From: Callorhinchus milii | Taxonomy: Eukaryota | DNA: 35,376 nucleotides | Reading direction: 5' to 3' | Assembly: GCF_018977255.1 (NCBI RefSeq) | Contig: NW_024705544.1 | Span: 1-35,376, forward strand | Shown here: piece after piece, positions 1-10,938 of the stretch | How positions within the stretch are numbered: the first letter of the stretch is position 1 | Layout of the letters: each line of letters opens with the position of its first letter | Notes under the pieces: generated by a model | The model's database searches: none | What the model was told of the DNA's origin: nothing | Seen by the model: only the letters and a program-made list of their open reading frames with translations | Made by a program: the position numbers and the translations under genes

Positions 1-3000
1 ATCATTACATTACTATATTACTGTATTTACATGTATATATTGTTTATATTATATTATTGTACATTAGTATATCATTGTATTACATTTATTACTGTATATT
101 ACATTGTATATTCATTGTATTACTATATTATGTATTGTACATTAGTATATCATTGTAATTACTATATTACTGTATTGTTACATTATGAAAATTAGCTAAT
201 TTAACTGATTGTATATTAGTATATCATTATTACTATATTACTGTATTGTACATTAGTATATCATTGTATTACTATATTACTGTAGTACATTAGTTTTACT
301 TATCATAGTATAATACTTATATTACTGTATTGTACATTTAGTATATATCATTGATACATTACTTATTTTAATTGTATTTATATCATTGTATTAGTATATT
401 AGTTAGCATTATATCATATACATTACTATATTACTGTATTGTATATTAGTATATCATTACATTACTATATTACTGTATTGTATATTTTTTATTTATTAGT
501 ATATCATTGTATTACTATATTACTGTATTGTACATTAGTATATCATTGTATAACTATATTACTGATTGTACATTAGTATTCATATTACTATATTACTGTA
601 TTGTAATTAGTGTATCATTACATTACTATATTACTGTATGTGTTTTTTTTTTTTTTTTTTTATATTAGTATATATCATTGTATTACTATATTACTGTATT
701 GTAGATTATATATCATTGGTATTACATATATTACTGTATTGTACATTAGTATATCATTACATTACTATATTACTGTATTGTACATTAGTATATCATTACA
801 TTACTATATTACTGTATTGTACATTAGTATATCATTACATTACTATACTACTGTATTGTACATTAGTATATCATTACATTACTATATTACTATATTGTAT
901 ATTAGTATATCATTGTATTACTATATTACTGTATTGTACATTAGTATATCATTACTTTACTATATTACTGTGTTGTATATTAGTATATCATTACATTACT
1001 ATATTACTGTATTGTACATTAGTATATCATTGTATTACTATATTACTGTATTGTATATTAGTATATCATTGTATTACTATATTATTGTATTGTACATTAG
1101 TATATCATTGTATTACTATATTACTGTATTGTACATTAGTATATCATTACATTACTATATTACTGTATTGTATATTAGTATATCATTACATTACTATATT
1201 ACTGTATTGTATATTAGTATATCATTACATTACTATATTACTGTATTGTACATTAGTATATGATTGTATTACTATATTACTGTATTGTACATTAGTACAT
1301 CATTACATTACTATATTACTATATTGTATATTAGTATATCATTACATTACTATATTACTGTATTGTATATTAGTATATCATTACATTACTATATTACTGT
1401 ATTGTATATTAGTATATCATTACATTACTATATTACTGTATTGTACATTAGTATATCATTACATTACTATATTACTGTATTGTACATTAGTATATCATTA
1501 CATTACTATATTACTGTATTGTACATTAGTATATCATTACATTACTATATTACTGTATTGTATATTAGTATATCATTGTATTACTATATTACTGTATTGT
1601 ATATTAGTATATCATTACATTACTATATTACTGTATTGTACATTAGTATATCATTGTATTACTATATTACTGTATTGTATATTAGTATATCATTGTATTA
1701 CTATATTATTGTATTGTACATTAGTATATCATTGTATTACTATATTACTGTATTGTACATTAGTATATCATTACATTACTATATTACTGTATTGTATATT
1801 AGTATATCATTACATTACTATATTACTATATTGTATATTAGTATATCATTACATTACTATATTATATACATTAGTATATGATTGTATTACTATATTACTG
1901 TATTGTACATTAGTGCATCATTACATTACTATATTACTATATTGTATATTAGTATATCATTGTATTACTATATTACTGTATTGTACATTAGTATATCATT
2001 ACATTACTATATTACTGTATTGTATATCAGTATATCATTACATTACTATATTACTGTATTGTATATTAGTATATCATTACATTACTATATTACTGTATTG
2101 TACATTAGTATATCATTGCATTACTATATTACTGTATTGTACATTAGTATATCATTGTATTACTATATTACTGTATTGTACATTAGTATATCATTGTATT
2201 ACTATATTACTGTATTGTACATTAGTATATCATTGTATTACTCTCTTACTGTATTGTACATTAGTATATCAATACATTACTATATTATTGTATTGTACAT
2301 TAGTATATCATTACATTACTATATGACTGTATTTTATATTAGTATATCATTACATTACTATATTACTATATTGTATATTAGTATATCATTACATTACTAT
2401 ATTATATACATTAGTGTATGATTGTATTACTATATTACTGTATTGTATATTAGTATATGATTGTATTACTATACTACTGTATTGTACATTAGTACATCAT
2501 TACATTACTATATTGGATATTAGTATATCATTGTATTACTATATTACTGTATTGTACATTAGTATATCATTACATTACTATATTACTGTATTGTATATCA
2601 GTATATCATTACATTACTATATTACTGTATTGTATATTAGTATATCATTACATTACTATATTACTGTATTGTACATTAGTATATCATTGCATTACTATAT
2701 TACTGTATTGTACATTAGTATATCATTGTATTACTATATTACTGTATTGTACATTAGTATATCATTGTATTACTATATTACTGTACTGTACATTAGTATA
2801 TCATTGTATTTCTATATTACTGTATTGTACATTAGTATATCATTACATTACTATATTACTGTATTGTATATTAGTATATCATTACATTACTATATTACTG
2901 TATTGTATATTAGTATATCATTACATTACTATATTACTGTATTGTATATTAGTATATCATTGTATTACTATATTACTGTATTGTACATTAGTATATCATT

Positions 3001-4985
3001 GTATTACTATATTACTGTATTGTACATTAGTATATCATCACATTACTATGTTACTATATTGTACATGAGTGTATCATTACATTACTATATTACTGTATTG
3101 TATATTAGTATATCATTGTATTACTATATTACTGTATTGTAGATTAGTATATCATTGTATTACTATATTACTGTATTGTACATTAGTATATCATTACATT
3201 ACTATATTACTGTATTGTATATTAGTATATCATTACATTACTATATTATATACATTAGTATATGATTGTATTACTATATTACTGTATTGTACATTAGTAT
3301 ATCATTGTATTACTATATTACTGTATTGTACATTAGTATATCATTACATTACTATATTACTGTATTGTATATTAGTATATCATTACATTACTATATTACT
3401 ATATTGTATATTAGTATATCATTACATTACTATATTATATACATTAGTATATGATTGTATTACTATATTACTGTATTGTATATCAGTATATGATTGTATT
3501 ACTATATTACTATATTGTACATTAGTACATCATTACATTACTATATTACTATATTGGATATTAGTATATCATTGTATTACTATATTACTGTATTGTACAT
3601 TAGTATATCATTTCATTACTATATTACTGTATTGTATATTAGTATATCATTACATTACTATATTACTGTATTGTACATTAGTATATCATTGTATTACTAT
3701 ATTACTGTATCGTACATTAGTATATCATTGTATTACTATATTACTGTATTGTACATTAGTATATCATTACATTACTATATTACTGTATTGTATATTAGTA
3801 TATCATTACATTACTATATTACTGTATTGTACATTAGTATATCATTGTATTACTATATTACTGTATTGTACATTAGTATATCATTGTATTACTATATTAC
3901 TGTATTGTACATTAGTATATCATTGTATTACTATATTACTGTATTGTACATTAGTATATCATTGTATTACTATATTACTGTATTGTACATTAGTATATCA
4001 TTACATTACTATATTACTGTATTGTATATTAGTATATCATTACATTACTATATTACTGTATTGTACATTAGTATATCATTGTATTACTATATTACTGTAT
4101 TGTACATTAGTATATCATTGTATTACTATATTACTGTATTGTACATTAGTATATCATTGTATTACTATATTACTGTATTGTACATTAGTATATCATTACA
4201 TTACTATATTACTGTATTGTACATTAGTATATCATTACATTACTATATTACTGTATTGTATATTAGTATATCATTATATTACTATATTACTATATTGTAT
4301 ATTAGTATATCATTACATTACTATATTATATACATTAGTATATGATTGTATTACTATATTACTGTATTGTATATTAGTATATCATTGTATTACTATTTTA
4401 CTGTATTGTACATTAGTACATCATTACATTACTATATTACTATATTGGATATTAGTATATCATTGTATTACTATATTACTGTATTGTACATTAGTATATC
4501 ATTACATTACTATATTACTGTATTGTATATTAGTATATCATTACATTACTATATTACTGTATTGTATATCAGTATATCATTACATTACTATATTACTGTA
4601 TTGTATATTAGTATATCATTATATTACTATATTACTATATTGTATATTAGTATATCATTACATTACTATATTATATACATTAGTATATGATTGTATTACT
4701 ATATTACTGTATTGTATATTAGTATATGATTGTATTACTATATTACTGTATTGTATATTAGTATATGATTGTATTACTATATTACTGTATTGTACATTAG
4801 TACATCATTACATTTCTATATTACTATATTGGATATTAGTATATCATTGTATTACTATATTACTGTATTGTATATTAGTATATCATTGTATTACTATATT
4901 ACTGTAATGTACATTAGTATATCATTACATTACTATATTACTGTATTGTATATCAGTATATCATTACATTACTATATTACTGTAT
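1..4985. repeat. 39-bp AT-rich minisatellite array 1 (consensus ATTACTATATTACTGTATTGTA[C/T]ATTAGTATATCATT[GT/AC])
   Basis: Head-to-tail 39-bp units read directly; 13-aa period in the ORF track. The first ~720 bp are indel-rich. Recurrent 33-bp deletion units (attactatattatatacattagtatatgattgt). Confidence 0.98.
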
Positions 4986-5007
4986 AGTAATCTCCTCGGC
5001 CGGCGTG

Positions 5008-5113
5008 TCTCCTCGGCCGGCGCCTACCAGCTGACTTAGAACTGGTGCGGACCAGGGGAATCCGACTGTTTAATTAAAACAAAGCATTGCGAAGGCCGCC
5101 GGTGCGTGTTGAC
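5008..5113 (+). rRNA. 28S (LSU) rRNA fragment, non-functional dispersed piece
   Basis: GACTTAGAACTGGTGCGGACCAGGGGAATCCGACTGTTTAATTAAAACAAAGCAT...GTGTTGAC is the conserved eukaryotic LSU core upstream of the R2 insertion region. Similarity stops abruptly at 5113. Confidence 0.95.
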
Positions 5114-5142
5114 TGACAGTCTGCTCAGGGAGAGGCTCTCAC

Positions 5143-5270
5143 CAAAGTCACCTCGCGATGACAGTGGCAGTTGAGTAATCCCAACAAACGCGTCACCGGA
5201 GTCTTTACCACTCGTCACTGAGCGCTTGGAACACCAAACCGGATGGAGTGGCGAACTCAAGACACGCAGA
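5143..5270 (-). CDS. Predicted second coding exon (exon 3) of a truncated unidentified gene: (S)LRVLSSPLHPVWCSKRSVTSGKDSGDAFVGITQLPLSSRGDF
   Basis: Acceptor ctcactctcag| at 5271, donor TTG|gtgaga at 5142 (alternative same-phase donor GTG|gtaaag at 5208). Stop-free and phase-compatible with the exon ending at 7418. Confidence 0.6.
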
Positions 5271-7000
5271 CTGAGAGTGAGAGCGACTGAGTGTGATAGC
5301 GACTGAGAGAGAGAGTGTGAGAGCGACTGAGTGTGAGAGCGACGGAGAGAGAGTGTGAGAGCGACTGAGAGAGTGAGAGCGACTGAGAGAGTGGGAGAGC
5401 GACTGAGACAGAGAGAGTGTGAGAGCGACTGAGAGAGTGTGAGAGCGACTGGGAGACAGTGTGTGAGAGCGACTAAGAGAGAGAGAGAGAGAGTGAGAGA
5501 CTGAGAGAGAGAGTGTGAGAGAAAGAGAGAGCGACTGAGAGTGTGAGAGACTGAGAGTGTGTGAGAGCGACTGAGAGAGTGTGAGAGCGACTGAGAGACA
5601 GTGTGTGAGAGCGACTAAGAGAGAGAGAGAGTGAGAGAGACTGAGAGAGTGTGAGAGAAAGAGAGCGACTGAGAGTATGAGAGACTGAGAGTGTGAGAGC
5701 GACTGAGAGACAGAGAGTGAGAGCGACTGAGTGAGTGTGTGAGAGCGACTAAGAGAGAGAGTGAGAGACAGTGTGAGAGAGAGTGTGAGAGCGACTGAGA
5801 GACAGAGAGTGAGAGCGACTGAGAGAGAGTGTGAGAGCGACTGAGAGTGTGAGAGCGACGGAGTGTGAGAGCGACTGAGAGAGTGTGTGAGAGCGACTGA
5901 GAGAGTGTGTGAGAGCGACTAAGAGAGAGAGAGTGAGAGACTGAGAGAGAGAGTGTGAGAGAAAGAGAGAGCGACTGAGAGTGTGAGAGACTGAGAGTGT
6001 GTGAGAGCGACAGAGACAGTGTGAGAGTGTGAGAGCGACTCAGTGTGTGAGAGCGACGGAGAGAGTGTGAGAGCGACTGAGAGAGTGAGAGTGACAGAGT
6101 GTGAGAGCAACTGAGAGTGTGAGAGCGACTGAGAGAGAGACCGAGTGTGTGAGAGCGACTGAGAGTGAGAGCGACTGAGTGTGATAGCGACTGACGACTG
6201 AGAGTGTGTGAGAGCGACTGAGAGTGTGAGAGCGACGGAGAGAGAGTGTGAGAGCGACTGAGAGAGTGTGAGAGCGACTGAGAGAGTGTGAGAGCGACTG
6301 AGAGAGTGTGAGAGCGACTGAGAGAGTGTGAGAGCGACTGAGAGAGTGTGAGAGCGACTGGGAGACAGTGTGTGAGAGCGACTAAGAGAGTGAGAGACTG
6401 AGAGAGAGAGTGAGAGAAAGAGAGAGCGACTGAGAGTGTGAGAGACTGAGAGTGTGTGAGAGCGACTGAGAGAGTGTGAGAGCGACTGAGAGTGTGTGAG
6501 AGCGACTGAGAGACAGTGTGTGAGAGCGACTGAGCGAGAGAGTGAGAGAGACTGAGAGAGAGAGTGTGAAAGAGAGAGCGACTGAGAGTGTGAGAGACTG
6601 AGAGTGTGTGAGAGCGACTGAGAGACAGTGTGAGAGTGTGAGAGCGACTGAGTGTGTGAGAGCGACTGAGAGACAGAGAGTGAGAGCGACTGAGAGTGTG
6701 AGAACGACGGAGAGAGAGTGTGAGAGCGACTGAGAGAGACAGTGTGAGAGCGACTGAGAGACAGAGTGAGAGCGACTGAGAGAGAGTGTGAGAGCGACGG
6801 AGAGAGAATGTGAGAGCGACGGAGAGAGAGTGTGAGAGCGACTGAGAGTGTGAGAGCGACTGAGAGTGTGAGCGACTGAGAGACAGAGTGTGAGAGCGAC
6901 TGAGAGTGTGAGAGCGACGGAGAGAGAGAGAGCGACTGAGTGTGAGAGCGACTGAGAGACAGAGTGTGAGCGACTGAGAGAGTGAGAGCGACGGAGAGAG
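5271..7000. repeat. GA-rich minisatellite, ~16-24-bp variable units with core GAGAGCGACTGAG (intronic VNTR, copy 1)
   Basis: Core GAGAGCGACT repeated dozens of times with variable GA/GT linkers. Confidence 0.95.
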
Positions 7001-7057
7001 ACACACACACACACACGCACACACACGCACACACACGCAGACACACGCAGACACACG
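7001..7057. repeat. (CA)n / ACACACGCAG microsatellite
   Basis: Seen directly; counterpart at 25975-26040. Confidence 0.9.
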
Positions 7058-7149
7058 CGGTATTCCATTGGGACGATAACAATAATTATCAATTATTTAT
7101 CAACGTCAACAGTCACGTTGATTGCCATTCGAATAATCAAACCCCTCAT

Positions 7150-7397
7150 CTCCCCCTCTCCCCCCTCCTCCCTCCCCCCCCCCGACCGTCTCCCCCTCCC
7201 CCTGACCGTCCCCCCCTCCCCCTGACCGTCCCCCCCTCCCCCTGACCGTCCCCCCCTCCCCCTGACCGTCTCCCCCTCCCCCTGACCGTCTCCCCCTCCC
7301 CCTGACCGTCCCCCCTCCCCCTGACCGTCCCTCCCTCCCCCTGACAGTCCCCCCTCCTCCCTCCCTCCCCTCCCCCTGACTGTCCCCCCCCCCCCCC
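7150..7397. repeat. C-rich ~20-bp minisatellite CCCCCTCCCCCTGACCGT(C/CT), G-quadruplex-prone on the minus strand
   Basis: About ten CTGACCGT-like cores separated by C runs. Confidence 0.93.
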
Positions 7398-7417
7398 GCG
7401 CGATGCCATGCGGGTAC

Positions 7418-7440
7418 CTTGTGTATCTGGCGGTTGCCAT
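7418..7440 (-). CDS. Predicted first coding segment (MATARYT + 2 nt) at the 3' end of exon 2 (exon 7418-8218)
   Basis: Strong Kozak context gacAGGATGG, donor AAG|gtaccc at 7417. The upstream boundary has branch point CTGACTAAC (8243-8235) and acceptor tttgcag|G at 8219/8218. Confidence 0.6.
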
Positions 7441-7494
7441 CCTGTCCGGTCCTGTGCTGCCCCGGGAGCCGAGTCGAGCCGTCGGGGCTGTGCT

Positions 7495-8200
7495 CAGGGC
7501 TGGGGCTGTGCTGGCAGGGCTCAGGGCTGGCAGGGCTCAGGGCTGGCAGGGCTCAGGGCTGGCAGGGCAGGGCTGGCAGGGCTCAGGGCTGGCAGGGCTC
7601 AGGGCTGGCAGGGCTCAGGGCTGGCAGGGCAGGCAGGGCTCAGGGCTGGCAGGGCAGGGCTCAGGGCTGGCAGGGCTCAGGGCTGGCAGGGCAGGGCTGG
7701 CAGGGCTCAGGGCTGGCAGGGCTCAGGGCTGGGGCTGTGCTGGCAGGGCTCAGGGCTGGCAGGGCTCAGGGCTGGCAGGGCTCAGGGCTGGCAGGGCAGG
7801 CAGGGCTCAGGGCTGGCAGGGCAGGGCTCAGGGCTGGCAGGGCGCAGGGCTGGCAGGGCAGGGCTGGCAGGGCAGGGCTCAGGGCTGGCAGGGCTGGCAG
7901 GGCTCAGGGCTGGCAGGGCAGGGCAGGGCTGGCAGGGCGGGGGCAGGGCAGGGCAGGGCTGGCAGGGCAGGGCTAGGGCAGGGCTGGCAGGGGGCAGGGC
8001 AGGGCTCAGGGCAGGGCAGGGCTGGCAGGGCAGGGCTGGCAGGGCAGGGCAGGGCTCAGGGCAGGGCAGGGCTGGCAGGGCTGGCAGGGCAGGGCAGGGC
8101 TCAGGGCAGGGCAGGGCTGGCAGGGCAGGGCAGGGCTCAGGGCAGGGCAGGGCTGGCAGGGCAGGGCAGGGCTGGCAGGGCAGGGCTCAGGGCTCAGGGC
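7495..8200. repeat. G-rich repeat of GGGCA / GGGCT / GGGCTCA / GGCA modules (copy 1)
   Basis: Seen directly; dense GGG runs on the plus strand. Confidence 0.95.
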
Positions 8201-8259
8201 GTGAGGACCGACAGCGACCTGCAAACCACAGTCAGTTAGTCAGAGTAACAGCATCGTAC

Positions 8260-8304
8260 ACCCCCTCACCCCCCCCTCCCCTCACCCCCCCCCCCTCCCC
8301 CCTC

Positions 8305-8341
<37 letters not shown>

Positions 8342-8440
8342 CCTCACCCCCCCCTCCCCTCACCCCCCCCCTCCCCCCCCCCCCCCTCCCCTCCCCCCCC
8401 CCCCCTCCCCTCACCCCCCTCTCCCCTCACACCCCTCATC
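8260..8440. repeat. Poly-C / CCCCTCAC low-complexity tract (predicted intron 1)
   Basis: Seen directly; counterpart at 27378-27565. Confidence 0.9.
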
Positions 8441-8451
8441 CTCTCACACAC

Positions 8452-8650
8452 CATCTGCGTCACTAATGGCGGTCGCTCGCGCCTCCGGCTTTTCCCGCGC
8501 TTCGTCAGCGCCAATCAGGGACCGGCTCCGGCTCCGGCTCCGGCGCAGCCAATCAGGGACCGGCTCCGGCACAGCCAATCAGGGACCGGTCCGGCACAGC
8601 CAATCAGGGACCGGGTCCGGCACAGCCAATCAGGGACCGGCTCCGGCGCA
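8452..8650 (-). promoter_or_regulatory. CpG-rich promoter and short exon 1: E2F site, five tandem CCAAT (NF-Y) boxes, YY1 core, CRE half-sites
   Basis: TTTTCCCGCGC at 8490-8500; GCCAATCAG with CCAAT at 8511, 8549, 8575, 8600, 8626; CCGCCAT (minus) at 8472-8466; CGTCA at 8458 and 8503; candidate donors ATG|gtgtgt (8451) or TGT|gtgaga (8447). Confidence 0.75.
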
Positions 8651-8651
8651 G

Positions 8652-9100
8652 TGTATTAGTGTATTACTATATTAGTATTATATTAGTGTATTATAATAAT
8701 ATTATTAGTTTATCAGTATATTATAGTACTATATTGTATATTAGTATATCATAATATTACTATATTGTATATTAGTATATATCATATTACTATATTAGTA
8801 TTATATTAGTACTTTATTATTATTATATTACTATATTGTATATTAGAATATCATATTACTATATTAGTACTATATTATTATGTTTTATATTATTATATTA
8901 CTATATTGTATATTAGTATATCATATTACTATATTAGTATTATATTAGTACTATATTATTATGTTTTATATTATTATATTACTATATTGTATATTAGTAT
9001 ATTATTATATGAATAGTTTATCAGTATATTAGTATTATTAGTATATTACTATATTAGTATTATATTAATATGGTCTTATTATAAGTTTTATATAATTACA
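8652..9100. repeat. AT-rich low-complexity tract of ATTAGTAT/ATTACTAT-like modules grading into the 39-bp satellite
   Basis: Contains partial units such as attactatattgtatattagtatatcat without a fixed period. Confidence 0.85.
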
Positions 9101-10776
9101 TTACTATATTGTATATTAGTATATCATTACATTACTATATTATATACATTAGTATATCATTACATTGCTATATTACTGTATTGTATATTAGTATATCATT
9201 GTATTACTATATTACTGTATTGTACATTAGTATATCATTGTATTACTATATTACTGTAATGTACATTAGTATATCATTACATTACTATATTACTGTGTTG
9301 TACATTAGTATATCATTACATTACTATATTACTGTATTGTATATAAGTATATCATTGTATTACTATATTACTGTATTGTACATTAGTATATCATTGTATT
9401 ACTATTTTACTGTATTGTACATTAGTATATCATTGTATTACTATATTACTGTATTGTACATTAGTATATCATTACATTACTATATTACTGTATTGTATAT
9501 TAGTATATCATTACATTACTATATTACTGTATTGTATATTAGTATATCATTGTATTACTATATTACTGTATTGTACATTAGTATATCATTGTATTACTAT
9601 ATTACTGTATTGTACATTAGTATATCATTACATTACTATATTACTGTATTGTACATTAGTATATCATTACATTACTATATTACTGTATTGTATATTAGTA
9701 TATCATTGTATTACTATATTACTGTATTGTGCATTAGTATATCATTGTATTACTATATTACTGTATTGTACATTAGTATATCATTACATTACTATATTAC
9801 TGTATTGTATATTAGTATATCATTGTATTACTATATTACTGTATTGTATATTTGTATATCATTGTATTACTATATTACTGTATTGTATATTAGTATATCA
9901 TTGTATTACTATATTACTGTATTGTACATTAGTATATCATTACATTACTATATTACTGTATTGTATATTAGTATATTATTACATTACTATATTACTGTAT
10001 TGTATATTAGTATATCATTGTATTACTATATTACTGTATTGTATATCAGTATATCATTACATTACTATATTACTGTATTGTATATTAGTATATCATTACA
10101 TTACTATATTACTGTATTGTATATTAGTATATCATTACATTACTATATTACTGTATTGTACATTAGTGTATCATTACATTACTATATTACTGTATTGTAC
10201 ATTAGTATATCATTGTATTACTATATTACTGTATTGTATATTAGTATATCATTTTATTACTATATTACTGTATTGTACATTAGTATATCATTGTATTACT
10301 ATATTACTGTATTGTACATTAGTATATCATTACATTACTATATTACTGTATTGTATATTAGTATATCATTACATTACTATATTACTGTATTGTACATTAG
10401 TATATCATTGTATTACTATATTACTGTATTGTACATTAGTATATCATTGTATTACTATTTTACTGTATTGTACATTAGTATATCATTGTATTACTATATT
10501 ACTGTATTGTACATTAGTATATCATTGTATTACTATATTACTGTATTGTACATTAGTATATCATTGTATTACTATATTACTGCATTGTATATTAGTATAT
10601 CATTGTATTACTATATTACTGTATTGTACATTAGTATATCATTACATTACTATATTACTGTATTGTACATTAGTATATCATTGTATGACTATATTACTGT
10701 ATTGTACATTAGTATATCATTGTATTACTATATTACTGTATTGTACATTAGTATATCATTGTATTACTATATTACT

Positions 10777-10938
10777 TGTGGAGTCCTGTATTGTGGGACA
10801 TTGCTCTGCGCAATTGGCTGCCGCGTTCGCCCACAAACATACAGTCAATTCACTTTACAGTGTGTTCTGTGAAGCGCTTTGGGACGTCCTCCCGACGTGA
10901 AAAGCGCTATATCAAATGCAAGGATTATTATTATTATT
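10777..10938 (+). mobile_element. Internally deleted SINE (5' ~14 nt joined to the 3' half) with (ATT)n tail
   Basis: TGTGGAGTCCTGTA is fused to TTGTGGGACATTGC...AAATGCAAGG(ATT)n; aligns to the copies at 21272 and 22451. Confidence 0.92.

Noticed and set aside
1..720. Highly diverged monomers and a poly-T run as an old array edge
   Set aside because: Dense single-base indels look like low-quality consensus; this cannot be separated from biology without reads.
5008..5270. R2 or other 28S-specific retroelement insertion
   Set aside because: The rDNA stops roughly 90-100 nt before the R2 site, no downstream rDNA or RT sequence is present, and the adjacent DNA fits an intron and exon.
7100..7140. 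Small hairpins (TCAACGT/ACGTTGA, TTGATT/AATCAA) as an ncRNA
   Set aside because: The stems are short, the first is altered in copy 2, and no family motif is recognisable.
7495..8200. Immunoglobulin switch-like region
   Set aside because: The GGGCT pentamers resemble switch repeats, but GAGCT/AGCT motifs and Ig exons are absent.
5615..8466. Ser/Leu/His-rich and Gly/Arg/Gln-rich ORFs, and their equivalents at 23417-27356
   Set aside because: They are translations of tandem repeats open in several frames.
8466..8675. Plus-strand ORF MAVARASGFSR...
   Set aside because: It runs through the CCAAT repeats into satellite; the splice signals point to the minus strand.
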